A DNA stretch of 64,000 nt. It comes from the human T2T-CHM13v2.0 reference genome, Homo sapiens. Below are positions 27,164 to 39,899 of this stretch, in pieces. Both the position numbers and the translations under genes were made by a program. A model generated the notes under the pieces. That model saw only the letters and a program-made list of their open reading frames with translations, did no database searches and was not told the origin of the DNA. The stretch's first letter is position 1; the number at the start of each line of letters is the position of its first letter. The stretch lies in assembly GCF_009914755.1 (NCBI RefSeq), contig NC_060930.1; one strand, given 5' to 3'.

Positions 27164-27677
27164 CACCATTTTATTTTCTTGGAAAAAAAGGTTTCCTGCT
27201 GCTGTTTATAAATATATGTATTTGGTAAAATACAAAAAGCCAATTATACCACTCTGGAATTCTCCACATCTATCACTAATGGCAATGAAACCAGCTACAG
27301 TTATTGAGTCTTTTAGGTACTTTCTGAGCCATCGTACGTCAATGCATTCTGTCAAGTAATTTTCACAACAATATTATGACATAAGGACTACAGTTGTCAC
27401 CATTTTACAGATGCCACCACAGAGGTCTAGAGCATCTATTTGGCCCATCTAAAAATGGTGGTACTAGGATTTGAGCCCAGATAATCTGACTCCACTGATG
27501 ACCACATTAGGCTCTCAGTTTCGGAAGACTTTAAAATCTGAAAAGGTCAGAGCTTGAAGGAACCTGGTTCAAACGCTTTCTTTTCTAAAGGAGGAATTAA
27601 AGACCAGAGAGAAGTGACTTGCCCAAGGACACACAACAAGCTGGACCCACAGCAGGACTGAATCCTAGGGCTCTTGA

Positions 27678-28168
<491 letters not shown>

Positions 28169-28399
28169 AGGAAGTGCTTTTAATGATGAGACTTCTATTC
28201 AAAGACCAGTGTGTGGGGAAGGCTACGCCACAGTGGGGCTGGCAGACAGCATGGACTGCGTCTCTACTGAGTGCCCAGCCCTGGAATCCCAAAGGGGATA
28301 AACTCTGTCCTCAAGGAGCAAACTAACAAAAAAGTGAAAAACAGCACAGGGGAATAGTGGGCGTCATGGGGGTGGGGCGGGGGGGTAGGTGCAGTATGA

Positions 28400-28960
28400 G
28401 CATCTGGGGTAAGAGTGTCAGCAGAGGGAATAGTGAGTGCAAAGGCCCTGAGACAGGAGTGTGCTTAGCCTGCCAATTGTGTCCAGGGAACTGATGGCAA
28501 GAGAAAGAAAAATAGGAGGCATGTTAGAGAAGGTAGGCGCAGATCATGTGGGACCCTGCGGCTGCTGTAAGAGCCTGGCTCTTCCTCCCAGTGCAATGGG
28601 GAAGCAGGGGTAGGGGTGCAGTTTAAGTAGACGACTGGCACCGTCTGAATTCTACAGTATCTTCCTGCCACTCTGTGGAAAGAGTACCCCATGGGGGAAG
28701 GGGATGCAGGAAGACCAGGGAGGAGGGCCCCACAGTCCTCCCAGGGAGAGGAGGTGAAGACAGGAACCAGGGGCCCACCATAGAGGGGGTGAGAAGTGGT
28801 CAGATTCTGGACATATTTTGAAAGTAGAGCCAACGAGATGGCTTAAGAGTTGCATGTGGGGTATGGGAAAAAGAGAGCAGTCAGGTATGACTCCGGTTTT
28901 TTTGGTCAGGAATCGCCTTTCCTGAAGTGGGAAGACTACAGAAGGAACAGGCTTGGGAAC
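28400..28960 (-). mobile_element. L2 fragment
   Basis: GTGCAAAGGCCCTGAGACAGGAG...GTGAGAAGTGGTCAGATTCTGGACATATTTTGAAAGTAGAGCC. Confidence 0.75.
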
Positions 28961-30148
28961 AGACCAGGTTCATCTGAACATCGAACCTGCTGAATTTGAG
29001 GGGGCCGTTATCAATGCCTGATGAGTGATATTAGAGGAACAATCCAGGAGACTGATCCTGTGTCTGTTTAAAATTATAAGGTTTTGCTCATCATGAATTT
29101 TTTGTTGCATTGTTTGATTTCTTAAAATATTGCATTAACATATGATTTATCTTGGTTACTGAAGTTTTGTTCCTGCCTCCCTTTAAATTTTGCACCCGAG
29201 TTGCAGTCCTGCCTGCTGCAGACAACCATGTGGAATGCGGGGGTTGGGCTGACCTCCCGATTCCTGGCCATTCTCTGTCCACCATGGGCCAGTGATCTTC
29301 TGATCAGGATCTGTGACAGGGAGGTGAGCTGAAGAGTGGTTACAGCCAGGAGGTCCTGGACAAGGAGAAGGGCCTGTGTGGATGTGTGGCTGGCTGACCT
29401 AGAAGCAGCCAGAAGGGTGTGAGCCCATCAGCCCGCTTCGCCCCACCCGGCCCCGTGATGGATGGCATCTGTCTTCTGCTTTATTAAACTCACGCCGCGG
29501 TTCAGCCCTGGATTTGCAAACGGCTTAATAAGCATTTGGAAGGGATCGGGGGAGGGAGGCCGGGATTTCAGGGGGTTACCAAGACTCAGACAGGAAACGG
29601 CTTTCACCCTGAGTGGGCCTCAGGAGGGAGTCAGGTGTCCGGGTGGGCGACTAGGGGGAGTATTTGGTTTCACAGAAGGCACTTGGGGCCCCAAAGAAGA
29701 AGGGGGTACAGGTCTTTGGTGCCACGCCTCCCCCAGCACTGTTGTTACCACACACTGGGAGCTCACAGCACCTAGAGGGGTGTTCTGGGCATTGCGGAGG
29801 GCAAGGGAGTGCAAGGACTGGCCAAGGCTGGGGAGAAACGATGGGGTCAGGGGAGAAGAGGCCACTCCTGTGTCTAGGAGTTCCCAACTGCAGAGGACAC
29901 AGGGTTACACAAAACAGACACCAATCCCACCAGCCAGCCCCCAGCACTCTCTCCCACCTCTGAATTTCTACGGACTCCATAGCATGTGACATTGGTCTGG
30001 AACCTTCTGTGCAGCCCCTGGCATTGGCACAAAATGCAGGTACCAGGTGCCCCTTCTCTCTTGAATGAGGTTTGAAGCTCCCAGCAGCCAGGAAAGATGG
30101 GCACACTGAAGTCATCTCTTCACACAGGCAACTTGGGCCCCGCTTACT

Positions 30149-30344
30149 CAGGGCCGTGCGGGAGCCAGTTCACATGGGCTCGCCAGGGCAGACTGCAGGC
30201 ATCTTTTCCCAATTCCTGGCCCAGTGAATGCCACGTTAGTAGCTTGAAGTTGGCCATGGTGGAGTATTTACAGGACAGAAATTGGCAAATGCTTTTTTTT
30301 CCTCCTGAAGAGCCAACTGTTGAACATTTACCAGCACGTCACTG
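30149..30344. mobile_element. MER63-like hAT MITE
   Basis: Imperfect TIRs CAGGGCCGTGCGGG / CCAGCACGTCACTG; internal GTTGAACATTTACCAGCAC. Confidence 0.6.
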
Positions 30345-31683
30345 CCTCACCTGCTCTTCCACCCATAAGAACTGCAAGTCCCTTCAGGTATATAAAACTC
30401 CATTTTTCCTCCCAAAAAGGCTGGGGAGCTCCTTCTGAATGGTGAAGACTGGGACTGTCTGTCTCTTATTAATAAGGGTAGTATCCAGTGTGAGAGGCAG
30501 TGGTGATTAAGCTTCAACTGTCCACATTCAAATCATATCTCCACCATTTAACAGTTTATGATTTACATTGTTCTTTAGTCTATGATTGGAGGGATTGTTC
30601 TGAAATTTAAAAGAAATAATACCTGAAAGATGCTTTGGAACAGGGTCTGCAAACATAAGTAGCCAATAGATGTTCATCCTTACTCTGGGTCTCTGATAGC
30701 GCTAAATACTTTATTGTAATTTGAGTCTTACAGCCACCCATATGGAAAACACTTATGTTATTCCCATTTTATAGATAGGGAAAGTGGGATTAACATGTGT
30801 TAGGTCCCTTACCTGAAGTCACATAGTGGCAGAGCAGGGATTTGAACCCAGGAGTGTCTGGGTCTAACAGCCCAGCTCCCTCATGCCAATGGTCCATGCC
30901 ATTGGATCTCTCCACCAGGAGGATAGTGTTGGAAGTCATAGTGATAGCGGAAGTGGCCTTTGGTTTTCCTCCTCTCTCCATCTGGCCACCAGCAGAAGTG
31001 ATGAGCCTTCTTTCTATATGGCCCCCAAAAGAACCCTGTTCCCCAACACATCCCCTCCACACCTGCTCATGCCCATCAGACAGTCCCTTCAGAGGCTGGG
31101 GCTATCTTATCAAGGAAATCCACATTTCCTGTGGGCATTTTCTACTCACCTCTTGTCTTAACACACTACCTTTATCTCCGTGTCAGTCTCTCAGTCTGGA
31201 GACTGGGAGACTCCCAGTCTCTTTCCTTCTCTCACCCCAAGCTCCATATCCACCCCTAGTCCTCCAAAGCTATGCAAATGCCCACTCTAGGGTGGCCTAA
31301 CTCCTCAGGGTCCAAGGCCAGGGTCAGTAGGGGCAGACTCAGGAAGGTCAAGGGCTCAGCAGCCTTCTTACAACTTTCCTTCTGGGTCTCCTTTTTTTCC
31401 CCTGCCTCTTGACAATTTCACTTTCTCACTTCCTTCTTCTTGCATTTCCTTTCTTCTCATCCTATTTGTCTCTTTGGTGTCTCCTTCTTTATGTCTTCTA
31501 TCCCCTCAACTCTCTCTCTGCCTTTGCCTCTTTCTCTCTGGGTCAGACTATTTGGTGGCAAGAGTCCATGTATGTGTGTTTCTCTGTCCCTTTGTTCTTT
31601 GTGGATGTCTGTGTGTCTGTCTGTCTCTCCGTGTGTGTCTCTCCCTGTCTCTCCCTGCTTATTCCAACATCCTGAAGAATGTG

Positions 31684-31685
<2 letters not shown>

Positions 31686-31730
<45 letters not shown>
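31686..31730. repeat. (TG)n microsatellite within a pyrimidine-rich region
   Basis: Read directly. Confidence 0.95.
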
Positions 31731-31734
<4 letters not shown>

Positions 31735-31899
31735 GTATCTAAGAATCTAACTCTACCTCGATGCCTCCTGCTCTGTGTCTGTCTGTCTGCCTGCTGCTGA
31801 CTCCGTGCGTCTGTCTTCGTGGCTGTCTCTCGGGGTCTCTCTCCGGCAGCATTCGTTCTTCAGGGCTGCACTCCAGAGGCTCCCGGAGGAGACCCCCAC

Positions 31900-32245
31900 T
31901 CACCCCTCCCAAAGTTCACTGCCTTGTCAAACGGAGCTAATCTCCTGCGGGAGGAAAAAGCCTCATTCAAACTGGGCGGGGGGAGGCAGAGGGGGAAGGG
32001 GAGGTCTCCTTGGCTGCAGCCTGAAAACACCCCGGCCCATAATACCCCTTTTGTTCTAGGCTGGTGGGAGGGGGTGGGCGGTGGAATGAAAGAAGGGGGA
32101 TATTAAAGGAGCAGGTGAAAGACATGTGTCTTCGGCAGCCATAGATAAGCGCTTACCCCCTTCTCATCTGACTGAGGCCTATTATCTTCCCACCACAGTC
32201 ATTACTATTAATATTAAACACCCTCAATCCCGCTTGAAAACAACC
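31900..32245. promoter_or_regulatory. Candidate enhancer
   Basis: Repeat-free; GCTAATC, AGATAAG and TTATCT (GATA), CAGGTG and CATCTG E-boxes, CATTACTATTAATATTAAAC. Confidence 0.35.
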
Positions 32246-32697
32246 TGAAGGGGCTGCTTCTGTCTCCAGCCAGTTCCAAGGGGAAGCCACTGCCCTGACA
32301 CCTCCCCCTACAGTATTTGACCACCAACCCAGTTTCCCCAAACCCAAAGTCCCCTTGAACTTCCCCATGACCTTCAGCCCCAAGAGTCCCCCTCCATTTC
32401 CCCCCCAAGCCCCACCCTGAATCATCTCTGATCACCAAGCCTTTCTGTCTCTAGTGGACCCCCCATTTCAGCTTTATTCCTAAGAATTTCTCTATACCCT
32501 AGCTCTCTTCTCTCCACCCCTCCGTATAACCTGAAATGGAAGACAGAAGCACATAGACGTTTGGTTCCCTGGCTTTGACATCTAACAGAAGTGGACTCGC
32601 ATTCTGATGCTGCCACGTTCAGGCCAGGTGACCATGGTCAATTTCCTTAACGCTTTTTGGGCCTCAGGTTCTCACCTCTAAAATGAGGGCAGGGCAG

Positions 32698-33008
<311 letters not shown>

Positions 33009-34249
33009 TGGAGGCAAATTATAGTTCCTAAGACATAGGGTTGTTTTAAGGGTTATTGTTTAAAAATGAAAGAGTTCTCAGGACATACCTGATATATTGT
33101 AATGGCTCAATAAACAGTGGTAGTAACCGTTGTTACCTGGACAAAAAGCACCTCAGTGCAGCAGGTGTGCCCACTCATTCCTTCTTCAGTCCATCACTGG
33201 GCCCCTACTCCGTGCCAACTTCTGTGTGGAGCGCCAGAGAAACAGAGGTATAGAAAACAATTCCTGCCTCCAAGAATTCACAAACGGGTGGCAGCAAGAG
33301 ACTTATAAACAGGTAAACGCATCACTGTGGTGCTGGGTAATATATACCACAAAAGAAGTTATTACAGGAGCTCTGGGGAAATGGGACAATGAACTGCTCC
33401 TCAGTGGCTAATGTTACACCAGTAAAGCACTAATTGCCTATTCAGTATCTACAAGGTGGCAAGGCCAGCTATCGCCATGCCCATATCTACAGTTATAGCT
33501 CGCAAGAGGAGCAACTCATAAGTCTTCTTCCAAGACTGGTAGAGGTTTAGCTGGGGCCATGTGAGGGGCCCCCTTCCTCAGGTCCTAGGGCTCTGGACTG
33601 CCAGGGCTGGCCTGCAGAACCTGCAGACACAAGAAGGAGGGAAATGAGAGCTCACATTTACAAAGTGTCTCCCTCAAGCCAGGCACCGGGCTGTGTGTTT
33701 CAGCATTAGGTCACATACTCCTTCTCACCACTTCTCTACCAACCAAGCATCATTGTACCCATTTCACAGGGGAGCAAACAGGCTCAGAGAGAGGATGTGA
33801 CTCTCCTAAGATCACACTGCTAGAAAATGGTAGGCAAGATTCTAAGCTTCATCTGTCTGGCACCAAAATCCATGTTATTTCCATTTCTAGTGCATCTCCA
33901 ACTTTCCAGCCCCAAATCCATCGCTGCCCAGGTATCCTTAACATCAGGGGAGCTTGAACAAATATAGAGGGAGGAGGAAGGGGAGATTCTATAAGAAAAA
34001 CAGCCTCCTACAAGTCCAAAACTTTTTTGACATCTTGCATCTTATCTTAAAAGCCTATGAGCTTTGAATTTTACTCCATAGTATAACTATGTGTATTATA
34101 AATTAAAATAATGTTTTAAATGTCATTTTAAAATGTTCCCCCAAAATCTTGAGATAAAATGGAAGCTCCAAGAAGGTGTGCTAAGTTTATTCTACTGCTT
34201 CCTCTGTCCTCTGTGGTAGGGGCCAGGGAGGGAGAGAGAGGGTGTTGTT

Positions 34250-34937
34250 GTGGACAGCCTTGTCTACTTTTGATAACTACAACCCTTTCTTCATTGAACC
34301 CCTGCTCCTCTCTTCCATGCAATTCTGTGGGGCTGCCAATTACAACTCCCCAGCTCCTCTGGCCTCAGGGTGGGCCCATGAGCCAGGTCTAGCCAATTGT
34401 CAAACATAACTTTCTTGGACACCTGATTTGTCCAAAAGGTGGGCACATGACCCAATCTAGGCCAAAAGGAGCTCTTCGCTAAAATGTTATAGATGGAGGG
34501 TGCTGGGAATAGCAAATCCTCTCTTTCTTCTGAGATGTGAGCATGAAATTGCTGCCAGGCTCTTCTACCCACCTCTCTCTGCCCTCCAGCAGATGAGAGA
34601 AGTCTTGACCTCCCTCTCCCTCTCCACGCCCCAACTGCAGTTAGAGAGGAAGATCAATTGCAACAGGAAAAACAAAACAAAACAAAAAGATGAGGCTATC
34701 ACACACCAAAAAGCATAGCCACCATATGAATGAGATCAAGAAAGAATGCAAGAGAGAAAGCTGAACATATCTTTTGAGGCATGGCAGTCCCTAAACTTTG
34801 CCCCCTGCCCCAATGCATGTGCATGCACGTGCATGCACACGCACACACACACACACTCCTATCCTTCCTGGTTATTTGAGCCAATAAATCCCTTCCTTTT
34901 GCTTAAACTAGTTGGAGGTGAATTTCCATCACTTGCT
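34250..34937 (+). mobile_element. MLT1 (K/L-like) MaLR LTR
   Basis: GGGCACATGACCCAATCTAGGCCAA and 3' GCCAATAAATCCCTTCCTTTTGCTTAAACTAGTTGGAG...TCACTTGC. Confidence 0.65.
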
Positions 34938-35409
34938 CCCTGAGCAATATCTCCTGGCACACTCAGTCCTACTTAATAACTCCCAGCTCCCAGCACACTA
35001 CAGCCCAGAGAAGGAGCAAGGGCCCAATGGAGTTTGGAATTGGGAAACTCAAGTTATATGTGGAGAAGGTGTCACACTCTCCTACCAGGAACCTTCCAAA
35101 GTTCTCCCTCACAGAGCTTTGGGCTGGAAAGGACCTCAAGCAGAGGGCTGGCAGGGAATCTATCCCAACTAGCTCTCTGCCGCCTTCAAAGAAGCCTGAC
35201 TCAGCCTCCTGCCTTGGAAACCCATCCCAGGACCTCCTGTCTGAGACATCGCAAATCTGTCCAGCTTAGTCAAGCCTGTTTCACCTTCTCCTGCCCTAGT
35301 GGAAGCTGGACTATAGCCAATCCCTCCTCTCCTTTTCCATTTCTTCAGAGGCTCAGCCCACTCTTCTCTTTACTATTCTTTTGCCCTTGTTAGTGTAGGT
35401 TCATGCATG

Positions 35410-35645
35410 TTGTGTGTACTAGTTACTGGCTAAGAACACAGGCTCTAGACAGACTGCCTGGGGTCAATCCTGGTTCTGTTCCTTCCTAGCTGTGAGACTT
35501 TTGGCAAGTTGCTTACCTTCTCTGTGCTTTGGTTTCCTCATCTTCAAAATGAAAATGATTATATGAATTAATGAATATAGAGTACTTAGAACCATTCCTG
35601 GCACATAGTAAGTGCTCAATAAATACTCGTTATTATTGTATGTTA
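35410..35645 (+). mobile_element. MIR
   Basis: CAGACTGCCTGGGGTCAATCCTGG...GGCAAGTTGCTTACC...GGCACATAGTAAGTGCTCAATAAAT. Confidence 0.85.
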
Positions 35646-37191
35646 ATGCTGTGTGTGTGTGTGTTCAGCCCCTTTCCCAGCTGATTGGGAGTTCCCTGAG
35701 GACAAGAAACATACTTTATTCATCTTCAAAGGCCCAGGGCATCAAAGTGCTTGACATAAGAGAGGCAGCTCAAAAAAAATGTATGTTGACTGAATGAATG
35801 ATGAATGAATGAAGATTGGTTGGCTGAACACTTAGAGAATTTAAGTCCTGATTCCTGTCCTTAGGTCTCTCAATAGTCCCACATGGGTACCCATCAATTC
35901 TGCCTACATCTGAACCCAGAGGGGAGGTTTGTCAGGCAAAAAGGATCTTGCAGCAGAGTAACAACAGAAGCAAGAACAACCAGCTCTGCCCTGTGTACAC
36001 CCCTTAACAACAACCAAGGCTCTGTCACAATGCCACACATCACTGTGAGGTAGACAGAGCAAGGGTAATCCTTATCCCATCTTACAGATGAGTAAACTGA
36101 GGGTTAGAGCAGTAATGTGACTTTCCTAAAGACAGACACAGCTAGCTAGTGGCCCAGCTGAGGCCACAGCCCCGTCACCAGACTTGATTAGATCTCTGTC
36201 AACCACATCCCAGCAGCCAAATGCTCCCTCCTTTTGCCCTCCTGCGGGGCCACGCAGCACACACCACAACCCCTTGGTCCACTGTGGTCTAGGCAAGAGC
36301 AGAAGAGTCCAAAAGCAGATGACTATCATCTTCCATTTGTCTTGGTATCTATGACCACATCTTCCATATGTCTCAATATTTGTACAGCCTAGTGGGAGGG
36401 TTGTAGAGAGTCCAGAAGTGAAGGCAACTCCAGAGCACACAATGGTCCATTGTGCCCCTGTATCCCCCTTCCCTTCACCACACCCAGCACACAGCGTCCT
36501 GTTTACCTGCCTCCAAGGCCTGGCTCCATCTCAGGTGCCACTCCAACTGGGCCCACGCACAGGCATTGCCAAACCCTCTGCCCACGAGCCCTAGGCTTGG
36601 CAGTGATGCCCTTCTTGGGGATTCCCCCCAGCTTTTGTCCCACCCCCAGTCCCTTCTACCCCAACACAGACCCCTCCTCTTGGCTCATAGCACAGTACCT
36701 GGCACACAGTAGTTCTCTGGAAATGGTTCCTGACAGTAAGTGGTTCCTTAGTGACGATCATAACCTCAGGCCCATCTGTCAAGGGGTTCTCCCAGCTTCA
36801 GAGGTGGGCGATGGCATTGTGAAGGAGGTGGGTTCCAGGGCTGAGTGTCAGCTAGACTTAGAAAAAGTTTCCTGTCCCCTTCCCTGAGCCTGGGACTTTG
36901 GGGGGAGGGCGGCGAGGGAATATAAAGCCTGTCCATCTCTAGGGACAGAAGACCCATATTAGGCACTGTCTTGGTCCAGCTGGGATGCCATTCTCCCATT
37001 CTCTCAGAAGTCAGAAGTCAAGGGTCAGGGCACCACCAAGGTCTTCAGGGACAGAAGCCCAGGCAAGAGGACAGATGGAGAGGTCTGCTCCTCAGGCCCA
37101 GATTGTGTTTGGGGGTCAAGAAGCCGGGTAGAGGTGGGAGGGGAAAGCTGCCCAGGAGAAAGTTAAGCATCAGCAGTTCATCCACATACTA

Positions 37192-37613
<422 letters not shown>

Positions 37614-38515
37614 GCCAAGAAGCAGATGGGAAATGGGAGAGCACAAAACCACACCTCCAGGTAAGCAGGCTCTGGCAAGGACGATGAGGTTCCCCCAGCT
37701 GAAAGAAGAAGCAGACATCAAACACAAAGGCTGCAGAGGAGCATGGAAAGCATCCAGTCCAACCTACTCATTTCACCTATAAGGAGTCCAAGGCCCAGAG
37801 AGGGACATGTCTTGCCCGGGGTTACACAGCAAGTCAAGACTCAGCCCAAACCAGAGTCACAGAATGATGGCTCCAGGCTAGAAGACATTTCTTGACTTTC
37901 TACTGAGCAGAGAAAAGGGGGCTTCAGAGGGTCATACTCTGCCTGACTTCTGGAAATGTGGGAGCAAGAAGAACAGCCATCATGGCCCACCCAGCCTATG
38001 GCCAGGTATCAGAACAAAGAAATGGAACATTCAGGCCCACTGCTTGTCTACCTAGCAGCACTTGAGCCAAGGTTTGATGGGCTTTCTATTGTACCCATTG
38101 ATTTATTCCACCACTTACTCTATGTGCCTAGCACTGTGCCAGGCCCTCAAGTTGAGGAGGAGGACAAGAAGAGGGTGGCAAGGAGGCTACAAGCTAGTTT
38201 ATTCGAATACTTTGAAAGAAGGCTAATTAAGTGGACATTCAGTCAGAGGTTGCTGTATGCCAGCTGCTTGCCCCATGTTACTGTGTCAGAGACTCACAAG
38301 GCAGTTCCTACTGTTAGTCCCATTTTTTCAGATGTTGACACTGAGGCTCAGAGAGACTAAGAGGCCCTAGGTCCTACAACTGATGTGGCAGAGCAGGAAG
38401 TTAAACCACACCATTTGCTCTTAACCATTAGGCTGTACGGTCCCCCAGGATGGGCTTTAAGAGCTACAGTGATGAGGTTACCCCCACCACACTGTGATCC
38501 ATCACAGCCCCCCTC

Positions 38516-38812
38516 TTTTTTTTTTTTTTTTTGAGACAGAGTCTCACTCTGTCACCCAGGCTGGAGTGCAGTGGCGCAATCTCAGCTCACTGCAACCTCC
38601 TCCTCCTGGGTTCAAGCAATTCTCTGCCTCAGCCTCCCGAGTAGCTGGGATTACAGGCACCCGCCACCACACCTGGCTAATTTTTGTATTTTTAGTAGAG
38701 ATGGGGGTTTCACCATCTTGGCCAGGCTGGTCTTGAACTTCTGACCTCGTGATCTGCCCACCTCGGCCTCCCAGAGTGTTGGGATTACAGGTATGAGCCA
38801 CTGCACTCGGCC
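38516..38812 (-). mobile_element. AluS, antisense
   Basis: Poly-T then GAGACAGAGTCTCACTCTGTCACCCAGG...CACTCGGCC. Confidence 0.94.
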
Positions 38813-39899
38813 AACACCCCTCCTTCTATCCCAGCCAAGGTGAGTCAGTCCCTCCTCTGAGGCTTTTATAAATGCCTCCCATGGCCCCTTATTTTTGGCC
38901 TAGTCTTGGAATTAATTGTCAGCATGTCTGTCTCCCTGGCAAGTTGGAGGGCAGAAATGGCCTTTGCTCAGCTCTGAACCCCCAGTGCCTAGAACAGTGT
39001 CTGGCATATGGCAGGTGCTCAATAACTGGTTATGGAAGGAGTATAGCTGGGTAATATGGTATCCCCATATGAACAGAAAATAAAACCCAGTAGAGGCTTA
39101 GGTCCAAGGGAGGGGCAGGAAGAGAGTTTCATTAGTCTCCAAATGTCCTGAGTCTAGCACACTGCCTGGAATATACTAAATGCCCTCATAAGTGCCCTTT
39201 GGAGTGAGTATGGAGGGTGCTCCAGATACGAGGCTTCCATGGGCCTAGAGGATGGACTCAGGAGGTTTGAGACTGCATTTGGATTGCGGCCAGAACTCAG
39301 GGCCCCATCCCAAGAAGTTTGAGGCCCAGCCAGACCACCATGAGAGCCTGCAGAGGACTGGGGTTCAGGGTACTGGGGGCCTCTTTTAGGAGTGCAGGCT
39401 GTTCCTGTGGACTCTGCCAGGGCTCAAAGCTGCGGACTGGGGGGGTGGGCTGGATCAGAGTGAACAGGAGCGGGCAGGCTGGAGTTGGGACACATTCTCC
39501 AGCCTCTTCTGTTTGCAGGTGCCTGAGGACACCTTCAAACCTTCTCTGCTCCGTTGTAGAACTTTTTCCAGCAAGGGGGAGAGGAAGGACAAAAGGCTAT
39601 GCCTTGGGCTCCAAAGTTTAGGAGAGGAGCCATGGAGATGGACAGAGAGAGGTGAGGAGAGAGAGACCCAGGAGGCCTCTGGGAAGGGAAGGGAAGGTTG
39701 CTGAGGAAGGAAGTCTGCACTTGGGGCCAGCCCTGCCTCTGGCACCAGCCCCACTGGGCCAGGGTCCCAGGGATTTATTGACTAATCCTCAAATGATACA
39801 CTTTCCCTGATTTATTCTCTCTCCCGCTTGCAATCTCACAAGATCCCATTGTCTCTGGACACTGCTGGCCAAGGGCCTCCACCTCAGGAGCTGCTGCCT

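Noticed and set aside
29020-29200. AT-rich block as an enhancer
   Set aside because: Looks like a hAT-type DNA transposon relic; family could not be assigned confidently
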